From contig OY759353.1 in the NCBI GenBank assembly GCA_963662315.1, positions 2,016,001 through 2,080,000 on the forward strand: a DNA stretch of 64,000 bases. Reading direction: 5' to 3'. Shown piece after piece: positions 20,707 to 30,952 of the stretch (the stretch's first letter is position 1; the number at the start of each line of letters is the position of its first letter). Under the pieces are notes generated by a model, which saw only the letters and a program-made list of their open reading frames with translations, was not told the DNA's origin and did not search any database. A program made the translations under genes and the position numbers. This DNA is from Geopsychrobacteraceae bacterium (lineage in GTDB: Bacteria > Desulfobacterota > Desulfuromonadia > Desulfuromonadales > Geopsychrobacteraceae).

Positions 20707-22014
20707 TCAGAAAAATGCTCCAAAAATCAGGCCGCTGAGCGTCGCCATCACCATGACCAGTAAAACGAAAACGGTTGTTTTTTTAGTGCCCATGACACTG
20801 CGGATAACCAGCATGTTCGGCAACGACAAAGCGGGTCCGGCCAGCAACAGGGCCAACGCCGGCCCCTTGCCCATCCCGGCACCGATCAGCCCCTGCAGGA
20901 TCGGTACTTCCGTCAGAGTCGCAAAGTACATAAAGGCACCAAAAACCGAGGCGAACAGGTTGGCCCCGATGGAATTGCCACCGACCAGGGATGCCACCCA
21001 TGCTGACGGGATCAGCCCTTCCTGCCCCGGGCGACCAAGCAAAACCCCGGCGATCAGTACGCCAATCAGCAGCAGCGGCAGAATTTTCTTGGCAAAATCC
21101 CAGCTTTCCCCGAACCAGTGTCCCATCTCACCATCGCGGGTGCTTTTCAGATTACTCAACACCGACAGGCCGATGACACCAAAGGTAAACGCCAACTCGG
21201 GATGCTGGGGAAGGATAATGGCCATGGCGCTAGCAGGTATTGCGGCAAACAAAATACGGACGACTCCCAGCTTGAACCAGGTAGCGAGCATAATAGCCAG
21301 AGCGATAGAGAATGCAGAAGTAATCCACCATTTTGCCGAATAGATCAGGTGCCACAGACCTTCTGACTGTTCGGTTTTTCCCCAGTTAGCAAAAACCAGA
21401 ATAGCGACCATGGCGGCAAAATAGAGCGTCGTCTGCCATAGCGGTCGGCTATCATCATCCGTTCCCATGATTGGAGCCGCGGCCGCTTTTTCGGCTTCTT
21501 CGTGGCAGAAGAAAAAGTGCATCAATAGGCCGATGACTACGGCGAAGACAATTGCTCCAACGGCGCGCGCAATACCCATCTCTGGACCGAGAATGCGAGC
21601 AGTCAGGACAATGGCCAATATGTTGATAGCTGGTCCTGAATAAAGAAAAGCACAGGCTGGGCCGAGACCTGCGCCCATGCGATAGATTCCCGCAAACAGG
21701 GGCAGGATGGTACAGGAACAGACGGCCAGGATAGTGCCGGATACCGACGCAACGCCGTATGCCAGCAGTTTTTTCGCATTTGGCCCAAGATATTTCATCA
21801 CCGCCGCCTGGCTGACAAACACAGCGACGGCGCCGGCAATGAAAAAAGCGGGCACCAGGCACAGCAGAACATGCTCACGCGCGTACCACTTGACCAAGTA
21901 CAGGGATTCCATCACTGCCGTTTGCACACGCGGAAGTTCAATAGGCAAAAAGAAACAGGTGCTAAATACAGCAATAATCCAAAATAAATGTTTCCATTCA
22001 GTTTTCCAGTTCAT
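20707..22014 (-). CDS. ArsP-like permease (DUF318)
   Basis: EHVLLCLVPAF, LAVCSCTILP, MYFATLTEVP, GPALSLP. Confidence 0.88.
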   Translation of the reverse strand: MNWKTEWKHLFWIIAVFSTCFFLPIELPRVQTAVMESLYLVKWYAREHVLLCLVPAFFIAGAVAVFVSQAAVMKYLGPNAKKLLAYGVASVSGTILAVCSCTILPLFAGIYRMGAGLGPACAFLYSGPAINILAIVLTARILGPEMGIARAVGAIVFAVVIGLLMHFFFCHEEAEKAAAAPIMGTDDDSRPLWQTTLYFAAMVAILVFANWGKTEQSEGLWHLIYSAKWWITSAFSIALAIMLATWFKLGVVRILFAAIPASAMAIILPQHPELAFTFGVIGLSVLSNLKSTRDGEMGHWFGESWDFAKKILPLLLIGVLIAGVLLGRPGQEGLIPSAWVASLVGGNSIGANLFASVFGAFMYFATLTEVPILQGLIGAGMGKGPALALLLAGPALSLPNMLVIRSVMGTKKTTVFVLLVMVMATLSGLIFGAFF

Positions 22015-22143
22015 CTTTCTACCTCTCTTTTTGTCTTTTGAAGGAGCTGCTATCCAAAAAACAGAATGCCGTAGGCAATAACGCAGACACAGACAGTAGT
22101 AATTCGGGGGTTGAGGACTTTTCTCAAGATCACTATTCTTGCC

Positions 22144-22163
22144 TATATGGCCATATAGCCATG
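22144..22163. promoter_or_regulatory. Putative ArsR operator upstream of the permease
   Basis: TATATGGCCATATAGCCATG, 16/20 identical to the site upstream of arsR. Confidence 0.55.
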
Positions 22164-22180
22164 TACTTATTTAAATTTTT

Positions 22181-22522
22181 TTAGAATGACTCTTTGCCGA
22201 GCCCTGCTAAAGCTTCGGCATGTTCTTTCACCTGGGATTCGAGCACTGATTCCACACAACCAAAAAAGTTCAGAATACAAGGAACCCGAAGACGGTAAAA
22301 AACCTGATTACCGCGTTTATCGTCAGTGACAATTCCAGCCTGTTTCAGCACGGCCAGATGTTTGGACACCGTAGACATGTCTGCACCAATCATGTCGGTC
22401 AGATCACAGACACAGCGTTCATCTTTTTGTAATTCTTCTACAATAAAGAGCCTGCTCGGGTGGGCAAGTGCCTTCAGAATTTTCGCCCTGGCTTCATAGT
22501 GCTTTTTCTTTTCAACGTACAT
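22181..22522 (-). CDS. arsR: ArsR/SmtB transcriptional repressor
   Basis: KALAHPSRL, RCVCDL, STVSKHL, C-terminal VPC...GC. Confidence 0.92.
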   Translation of the reverse strand: MYVEKKKHYEARAKILKALAHPSRLFIVEELQKDERCVCDLTDMIGADMSTVSKHLAVLKQAGIVTDDKRGNQVFYRLRVPCILNFFGCVESVLESQVKEHAEALAGLGKESF

Positions 22523-22538
22523 ACTCTACCTCCATGAC

Positions 22539-22575
22539 TATTTGGCAATTTAGCCAAGCTTTTTCTTTTTGTCAA
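22539..22575 (-). promoter_or_regulatory. arsR promoter with overlapping operator
   Basis: TTGACA-N17-TAAATT; the imperfect palindrome TATTTGGCAATTTAGCCAAG covers the -10. Confidence 0.65.
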
Positions 22576-22682
22576 TAGGTTGCGTGTAAAGGTCTTGTGC
22601 GGGTAAAAAAAGAGCAAAAATTTGATCAGATTCATGGCGGGATGAAGTGGCCTGCCCCTTTGTTTGGTGTAGACCCGCTTTT

Positions 22683-22719
22683 CTGACATTTAGTCAGCGC
22701 TCGCTCCGCTTCGAATCCC
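22683..22719 (-). repeat. Truncated copy of the tRNA-linked repeat insert
   Basis: 32/37 identical to 8077-8113, at the equivalent position after the tRNA-Glu terminator. Confidence 0.75.
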
Positions 22720-22777
22720 GACAAAAGCAGATAAAACAAAAGCCCCACCGCTTTCGCAGTGAGGCTTTTGTTTTAGT

Positions 22778-22855
22778 TGGCGTCCCCAGGGGGATTCGAA
22801 CCCCCGTCGCCGCCGTGAAAGGGCGGTGTCCTGGGCCAGGCTAGACGATAGGGAC
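22778..22855 (-). tRNA. tRNA-Glu (TTC), copy 3
   Basis: Identical to the other two copies. Confidence 0.97.
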
Positions 22856-22909
22856 TTATCTATTACAAGCCCCCGCGAGAAATGACCTCGCAGAGTGTTG
22901 CTGTTGAGA

Positions 22910-22985
22910 TGGTGAGCCGGACTGGGATCGAACCAGTGACCATCTGATTAAAAGTCAGATGCTCTACCTACTGAGCTACCGGCCC
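22910..22985 (-). tRNA. tRNA-Lys (TTT), copy 2
   Basis: Identical to 14676-14751. Confidence 0.97.
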
Positions 22986-23000
22986 TCGCAACGGATGTGT

Positions 23001-24381
<1,381 letters not shown>

Positions 24382-24397
24382 TTAAAATTTATTGAGA

Positions 24398-25690
24398 CTA
24401 CAATTGTAAATCAACATCGGCCTCGTTCAGCTGAGACCAGGTTATCTTTCTCAGGCTGTTATCTTCGAGGACCGTTAACGCAATATCCTGAACATCGTCT
24501 TCAACCACAGCCAGATAACGATAGTTCATCTTACGAGCATAGGCCAGTGCTTCATCCTGGCTGCGATCAAGCATATCACGGGACACAGAATATCCCAATT
24601 TGCGCAAGCGGCAAGCCAAGGTCTGCGCGGCGCGCAGATTCTTCCCTGCGGCAAAAATAAGCAGATCACAGAACTGATCAACGCGCTGATCGAGCATACC
24701 ATCCAAAGCAAACAGCAGGTTCAGCAAACTGAAAGTGAAACCGGTCGCTGGAACGTCCACACCATAGTTGGCCATCAGATTATTATAGCGACCGCCGCTG
24801 CAGACAGCGCGCCCGATACCAGGCAAAAAGCCCTGAAAGGTAACGCCGGTATGATAGTTGAGGCCACGCAGCTCACCAAGATCTATCGTAACATGCTCAA
24901 GGACACCATAGACTTCCAGAACGTCCAGCACTTGGGCAAGGCTGTCAAGAGCACGTTTGGAACGATCGTTACTAACCGCTTTAGCAGCCCGATCAATGAC
25001 CTCGCCACCACCATAAAGACGTGGCAGGGCCATAATTTCTTCACAGTCCGTCGTCGTCAGATCCGTGCTCTGAAGTAACAGCTTCAGCTCGGAACTGTCT
25101 TTACGCGAAATCGCATCAGCAACCTGGTAGGCGACCTTACGATCCAGAGCCAAGCCGTCCATAACGCCACGGAAAAATTCGACCTGACCAATATCAACGG
25201 TGAACTTCTCGGCCCCAACAGCCGTCAACGCCTCAATCGCCATCGCGATCATTTCGGCGTCTGCCTCCGGGCTATCAAGCCCGATCAGCTCAACCCCGGA
25301 TTGAAAAATATCCCGATCCTTACCCGCCTGTTGCTCGGTATGGCGCAGAACGCGCCCACTGTAACTCAGGCGCAGAGGCAACGGCATTTCAGTCATGCGG
25401 GTTGCCGCAATGCGGGCAATCTGGGGGGTCATATCCGGAGGGAAAGCGAGCAGGCGCCCGGTCTGACGATCATCAAACCGAAAAACACGGTCACGCAGTT
25501 CTTCCCCCATACCACGTTCAAGGACATCGAGATATTCAAGCTGTGGGGTAATGACAGGACGGAAGCCCCAAGCCGAATAAACCTGCTGCAACTGTGTCAG
25601 AAGGTACTCAGCTTTGGCGGCCTTGAGTGGCAAAAAATCACGCACGCCTTTCGGCAGATCCGCCTCAGGCAATGAATCTGAAAAAAGCAT
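24398..25690 (-). CDS. hisZ: ATP phosphoribosyltransferase regulatory subunit
   Basis: HisRS paralogue: PKGVRD, DMTPQIAR, QSGVEL, YHTG, GGRY; hisZ-purA synteny. Confidence 0.92.
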   Translation of the reverse strand: MLFSDSLPEADLPKGVRDFLPLKAAKAEYLLTQLQQVYSAWGFRPVITPQLEYLDVLERGMGEELRDRVFRFDDRQTGRLLAFPPDMTPQIARIAATRMTEMPLPLRLSYSGRVLRHTEQQAGKDRDIFQSGVELIGLDSPEADAEMIAMAIEALTAVGAEKFTVDIGQVEFFRGVMDGLALDRKVAYQVADAISRKDSSELKLLLQSTDLTTTDCEEIMALPRLYGGGEVIDRAAKAVSNDRSKRALDSLAQVLDVLEVYGVLEHVTIDLGELRGLNYHTGVTFQGFLPGIGRAVCSGGRYNNLMANYGVDVPATGFTFSLLNLLFALDGMLDQRVDQFCDLLIFAAGKNLRAAQTLACRLRKLGYSVSRDMLDRSQDEALAYARKMNYRYLAVVEDDVQDIALTVLEDNSLRKITWSQLNEADVDLQL

Positions 25691-26015
25691 TAATTCTCTC
25701 CATTCTGCATCCGCGATCAAAACTAACACGCGTGCAGAAAGTAAATTAAAGATTGGCAAAACGCGTGTCTGATGATCGCATTTTTACCTTGGCCGAACGC
25801 GCCAATCTAGCAACAGTTCCCCCCGAATGTCAAGCACAGCACGGCGGGAGACTTTATTCAAAAAGCTCCCGCCGCTAAAGGACATCAACAGGAAAGGGAA
25901 AAACTTTTTCGTTTCCGCACATTCCCTTCGGAATGTGCGGAAAGTGCATCATCCATGAGTGCACCAATGAACATTCAAACTTAAACCGCACTACTCCGGT
26001 CGCTGAAAAAAAATG

Positions 26016-27512
26016 TCAGCAATTCTCACTGCGCAGGTAATCAACCAGCAGCCGCACACCAAAACCGGTCCCACCTTTGGGCATTCCCGGCTTCCCTTTT
26101 TCTTCCCAGGCCATACCGGCAATATCAAGGTGAGCCCAATGGTAATCGTCGGCAAATTTTTTCAGAAAAGCTGCGGCGGTAATGGTCCCCGCCGGTCGAC
26201 CACCAGTATTCTTGATATCGGCAAAATCACTTTTAATCTGCGCATCATAACCTTCCCATAGGGGGAGTTGCCACAAGCGCTCGCCACTTTGTTCGCCAGC
26301 TTTCAGTAATTGACCGATCAGCTTGTCATCATTGCCCAAGACAGCTGCCGCCTGATCCCCCAGAGCAATAATGCAGGCTCCGGTAAGTGTTGCAAGATCT
26401 ATGACCGCTCTGGGTTCATACCTGGCGACGTAAGTCAGGGCATCAGCCAGAATCAGCCGCCCCTCAGCATCGGTATTGATCACCTCAATGGTTTTACCTG
26501 ATAAGGAGGTCAGAATATCCCCCGGGCGAATGGCAGTACCGGACGGCATATTTTCAACAGCGGGAACAACCCCGACCAAATTGATCGGCAGTTTCAGTTT
26601 GGCCACTGCCATCATGGTGCCGATGACGGCGGCTGCACCGCCCATATCCATTTTCATCTCATCCATTTTATCGGCCGGTTTTAACGAGATACCACCGCTG
26701 TCAAAAACAACCCCCTTCCCCACCAGCGCCACCGGTTTACTGTCATCACCGGCGCCGAAATACTCCATAACAATCAGGTAGGGATCCCGCTTACTCCCCT
26801 GGGCCACCCCCAGCAGAGCACCGAAACCACTTTTTTCGAGTTCTTTACGATCCAGCAGACGCGCCTTGGCACCGCTTTTCTCAGCCATAGACACCGCCTG
26901 CATGGCCAGATATTCAGGTGATTTGAGGTTGCCCGGCGCATTAACCAGATCCCGCGCAAAACAGACACCCGCACAAATGGCCTCAGCAGTCGCAACGGCC
27001 TGCGTGGCAACAGCAGGATCATCCTCCTCAGTGATAAGCAAAGTCACAGCATTCAGCTTCGCTATGTTTTTAGTGCGTTCTTGGGGCAGGTAGCGGTCAT
27101 AGCTGTAATCAGCCAGCAGCACACCTTCAGCAACCGCCTGTATTCTCGCAGCCAACGACTCTTTTTTAACCGGCAATTGCCCCAGCGCAAACACAAAGGT
27201 ACCAAGCTGCTTCAGGGCCAACTGCTTTGCGGCGTCACTGGTAACCTGGCGCAGCTTATCGAGGGTAAAATCCTTTTCTTTACCGAGACCAACGATAAGA
27301 ATTCGTTCTGGGGAGGATTTTGCGTGGCCGTGCAACAACATCGCTTCGCCGGCACCACCACTGAATTCTTTACAGAGCAATGCGCGCTTAAAAACGATCT
27401 CCTGCTCGCTTGTCAGCCCCAGGTCCTGCCCCTTTTTCCCCTCAAAATATCCAAGAACAGCGCATGCGGTCGCCTGGCTGGATGAAGCTCCCTGAATAAC
27501 GGATAGTTTCAT
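26016..27512 (-). CDS. pepA: Leucyl aminopeptidase (M17)
   Basis: VGKGVVFDSGG, MKMDMGGAA, NTDAEGRL, DLATLTGA. Confidence 0.96.
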   Translation of the reverse strand: MKLSVIQGASSSQATACAVLGYFEGKKGQDLGLTSEQEIVFKRALLCKEFSGGAGEAMLLHGHAKSSPERILIVGLGKEKDFTLDKLRQVTSDAAKQLALKQLGTFVFALGQLPVKKESLAARIQAVAEGVLLADYSYDRYLPQERTKNIAKLNAVTLLITEEDDPAVATQAVATAEAICAGVCFARDLVNAPGNLKSPEYLAMQAVSMAEKSGAKARLLDRKELEKSGFGALLGVAQGSKRDPYLIVMEYFGAGDDSKPVALVGKGVVFDSGGISLKPADKMDEMKMDMGGAAAVIGTMMAVAKLKLPINLVGVVPAVENMPSGTAIRPGDILTSLSGKTIEVINTDAEGRLILADALTYVARYEPRAVIDLATLTGACIIALGDQAAAVLGNDDKLIGQLLKAGEQSGERLWQLPLWEGYDAQIKSDFADIKNTGGRPAGTITAAAFLKKFADDYHWAHLDIAGMAWEEKGKPGMPKGGTGFGVRLLVDYLRSENC

Positions 27513-27650
27513 AACATTTCAATCCTTTCGTCGTAAATTGCGGAATCAGCCCTTTAAACATTAAAGCCTTTGACCAGTATGTGGCATCTGCACGTTGCCA
27601 ACATTTGCGTCCCCACCAAAGTGTTCAACCTGTCTCTTTGTGACAGGATA

Positions 27651-28964
27651 TCACAGGCCGCTTGATTGGTAAGAATCTTCAAGGGACTGCTGTTTAATTT
27701 TCAGAGCGATCCGCTGCCTGATCAGAGTTGGAATTTCCACATGAATACACAAGGCCCTGGTCGCAAGCTTACAGGCCTGTACTCGCTGGCGGGCGTTGGC
27801 ACCGGCACTCGGTAGCCAGCGTATATTTTCATTCGGCAGAAAACTGCGTGTCTCGCCAGGAAGCATATCGGACACTTCATGGACAGGGTCAAAAACGCGC
27901 CCCAGTAACTGCAATCCCCCCAGCATACTGAAATGACAACACTGGCGCTGATCGATACACAGTTGCACGTAGACCTCTTCAGACAGTTCACGCACAATCG
28001 CCAAACCACGCCGCAACCGTTCATGCGGGTAGACATGCAACAGGTCATCGCGATACTCCGCAGTCCCCAATTCATCCAGGCTTGGATAGGGTGGCAAGCC
28101 CCCCATACCGACCAGCACCCGATCATCTTCCGCGTGGGTTCCGACATAGCCGTGCACATCGATAATCACGTCCGGATCTGGCCCGCCAAGCTGCTCGATA
28201 TAGCGGCACAACCCGTCTTCATGCTTATAACAGTTAGGCCGTCCCTTTTCATCGATATAGGGATAAATCACATCGATATTACTGGGGTTAAGCGGAACTC
28301 CCCAGCTCCGTAAGCGGGCCAGGTTATCGTCAGTCAGAGGTTCGCGACCGGAAAAACCCAGATTAACGAGGGCAGCCCGTCCTCTGCCATAGCGCAAAAA
28401 ATAAAATGCAACTTCCAGCGTATGTGGATCATAAGGACCGTGACTGACGGTAAAAACCGGCAAACGCGGATCCTGGTCCGGCCCGCGCAGCAGTAATGCG
28501 CCACCAGCGTCATCAGCGACAAATTTGGCCGTATAGCCATCGAGCATACGTCGGCATGGACGCCAGTCGGTATCACCAGAGGGAATAAAGCCGAAAAACT
28601 GCTCCAGCACCTTTTCGCGCCAGGTCGGAACAAAGCGGATACAACGATCCGGCAGCCGGTAATAAACATGATACAACGCTGAATCCATATAAATACGGAT
28701 CTGCTTGCGTTTGATCAGATCACAATTATAAAGATTCTGCGAGGTCGTCAGCAGACGCTCGGTCAGATCGACACAATGGGCAAAAAAAGTCTCATCCGGA
28801 CAGGGTTCGACCAGCTCGACATGCTTCAGCTCACGATAATCCTCACGGGCAATCTCAACCTCAAGGCGGTTGAGGTGACGTTTGAAGGGGGCGTTTTCAT
28901 CGACCTGAAAACGACTCATAAATAACGGGGATATTTGCGCGCCGCTGCGCGTTGACTCTGCCAT
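27651..28964 (-). CDS. Hypothetical protein, possibly with a Zn-dependent amidohydrolase/exopeptidase-like fold
   Basis: 437-aa ORF in line with its neighbours; SHGPYD, IIDVHG and IHVEI motifs. Confidence 0.7.
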   Translation of the reverse strand: MAESTRSGAQISPLFMSRFQVDENAPFKRHLNRLEVEIAREDYRELKHVELVEPCPDETFFAHCVDLTERLLTTSQNLYNCDLIKRKQIRIYMDSALYHVYYRLPDRCIRFVPTWREKVLEQFFGFIPSGDTDWRPCRRMLDGYTAKFVADDAGGALLLRGPDQDPRLPVFTVSHGPYDPHTLEVAFYFLRYGRGRAALVNLGFSGREPLTDDNLARLRSWGVPLNPSNIDVIYPYIDEKGRPNCYKHEDGLCRYIEQLGGPDPDVIIDVHGYVGTHAEDDRVLVGMGGLPPYPSLDELGTAEYRDDLLHVYPHERLRRGLAIVRELSEEVYVQLCIDQRQCCHFSMLGGLQLLGRVFDPVHEVSDMLPGETRSFLPNENIRWLPSAGANARQRVQACKLATRALCIHVEIPTLIRQRIALKIKQQSLEDSYQSSGL

Positions 28965-29042
28965 AACGTGTCATCCTCTCAGATCAACAGGATAACGCCC
29001 TTGGCGGAATGGAAACAAGATCAGAAGTCCAGATAATTCAGC

Positions 29043-30083
29043 TTACGCGGAGATAAGCTTGCCCAGCGCCGCCTTAACCCTTTCAACCCCTTGAGGGAAG
29101 GGATCAAGGTCAATTTCGACCCGCTGTTCAGGCAAAGTATGCAGATAGAGGGGGTCATAGTAACGGATCATTAACACACGGGTCAGTTCTTCCCACTGTC
29201 CGGCATGCAGCAGTTGACAGAATTCTTCAACCACTTTTTTCCCAAAACGCTCTTTCAAAGCCTGTAATGGCCGTTCAAACTGGGTGCGCAGCGTATCTAT
29301 AGCCGGGTATTCCTCCAGAATGACCGTGACCCGGGTGGCAAGAGACGCTGTCAGCCACAAGCTTTGCTGAACCTGCATCACCTGGTGGAAGCGCTTGGGA
29401 ACAACCACCCGACCAATGTGCAGGCTCTCCCCTTCGGTCAACAGATAAGGAGCGTCCCCCAGCCGGTCCAGACAATCCCACAACAGAGCATCAAACTTTT
29501 TTTGTGACGGTTGTGGTTCAAGGCCCAGGTTACCGAATGCGCTGCCGCGATGGTTCGCCAGCCCTTCAAGATCGACAACCGGGTAATTCTGTGTGGCTAA
29601 TTCATGCAGAACCCGTGTCTTGCCGACTCCGGTCAAACCGCGCAGGACATAGACAGGAGGCCACTCTGTGTTCTCGAAATAGCTCAAAACATGACTGCGA
29701 AATGCCTTGTGTCCACCAATCAACTGGCGAGCCGGTATCCCGGCCAGATTCAGAAAACAGCAGATCGCCTGAGAACGCATACCGCCACGCCAGCAGAACA
29801 CAATGACCGGGGTTCTACGCTCACCCTGAGCGGCCTCAACAGCAGCAATTATCTGTGGAATCCGCGGCGAAACCAGGTCAACCCCCAACCGCCTGGCGAC
29901 CCTATTCCCCTGCTGCTTATAGACTGTTCCAACCTGCGCCCGTTCCTCATTGGAAAAGATGGGCACATTAATGGCACCAGGGATTGTCGACTCGGCAAAT
30001 TCAGCAGGCGTGCGGACATCGACAAATAAAGTCCCGTTACGCCGCTCGGCCAGAGCTTTTTCTAGTTCGATAGTTTGCTGCAT
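29043..30083 (-). CDS. mnmH: tRNA 2-selenouridine synthase
   Basis: Rhodanese DVRTPAEF...CWRGGMRS, P-loop GLTGVGKT, DLEGLANHRGSAFG, YYDPLY. Confidence 0.94.
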   Translation of the reverse strand: MQQTIELEKALAERRNGTLFVDVRTPAEFAESTIPGAINVPIFSNEERAQVGTVYKQQGNRVARRLGVDLVSPRIPQIIAAVEAAQGERRTPVIVFCWRGGMRSQAICCFLNLAGIPARQLIGGHKAFRSHVLSYFENTEWPPVYVLRGLTGVGKTRVLHELATQNYPVVDLEGLANHRGSAFGNLGLEPQPSQKKFDALLWDCLDRLGDAPYLLTEGESLHIGRVVVPKRFHQVMQVQQSLWLTASLATRVTVILEEYPAIDTLRTQFERPLQALKERFGKKVVEEFCQLLHAGQWEELTRVLMIRYYDPLYLHTLPEQRVEIDLDPFPQGVERVKAALGKLISA

Positions 30084-30211
30084 TAAAGGTATGGATCCTG
30101 ACAGTTAGCTTTAGTGTGTTGATTGATTTTCTTAATGCAGTGGTTCTACACCAATCCACAATCAAGAACAATAGCTAGAAGTTCGCCGATCAAAAAAAAA
30201 CAAAAAAAAAG

Positions 30212-30240
30212 TTGACGCCAGAAAAAGTTTTAGATATTGT
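30212..30240 (+). promoter_or_regulatory. sigma70 promoter of tRNA-fMet with upstream A-tracts
   Basis: TTGACG-N17-TATTGT. Confidence 0.7.
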
Positions 30241-30253
30241 CACGGACCGTTGC

Positions 30254-30330
<77 letters not shown>

Positions 30331-30339
30331 AAAATATTC

Positions 30340-30372
30340 AAAGGCTCTGCAGAAATTGCAGAGCCTTTTTTT
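30340..30372 (+). terminator. Intrinsic terminator after tRNA-fMet
   Basis: AAGGCTCTGCA/TGCAGAGCCTT hairpin plus T-run. Confidence 0.8.
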
Positions 30373-30952
30373 ATTTCCAAACAGCAAAATCCCCCGGTTG
30401 ATCACAAATCCCATGAGGTGGGCTCCCTAAACGCACAAACCTAATCAACACGTAGCCCCTATGTGTGACTTACTTTCTTGAACTCAGGAGTTTGATTTTT
30501 GGCAAAGTTGAAAAAATTAGCTGCTATAAAGAGTTATTATTCAATCAGTTGAGGGTATCATCCCTTTACTTGAGTGAAGAAGGGATTTTTAGATCACAGA
30601 TATTCCATATTCTTTCAAGCCGATCTAAGGTCGCAAGAGGCTTGAGCAAGGAAACTTTCTATCACGAATTTAGCAGAGCGTATTTCATCTGCGAAGCCAT
30701 AGAAAGATATAATATCGAAATGAAATCAATGTATGCCGCTGAAGAAGTGGACACGCTCGACCAGATTATATATGCCTCAATGATGTTTTTCTAAGTAAGC
30801 TACTCGAAGAGCCAATGGAGCTTATCTCATAGTTTTTCAGGTGCAGACAAGGCATAATCATTTTTCATAATTCTATTAATATGTAATCATTTTTCATGGA
30901 CTATAATCGTTTTTCATGACATCTTGAATTTAACGATACACAAAAGGAATTC

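Noticed and set aside
14990..22522. Selenocysteine readthrough in the redox and ars genes, prompted by selU
   Set aside because: All redox motifs have Cys codons and no ORF looks truncated at an in-frame TGA.
8177..22985. Repeated tRNAs as classical attL/attR of integrase islands
   Set aside because: The copies are full length with their own promoters and diverged spacers, and no integrase is present.
27545..27640. GGGACGCAAA on the minus strand upstream of pepA as a c-di-GMP riboswitch
   Set aside because: A single word only; the other conserved segments and stems are absent.
30465..30794. 109-aa ORF after tRNA-fMet
   Set aside because: GTG start with no RBS and no recognisable motif; it may be a fragment but cannot be supported.
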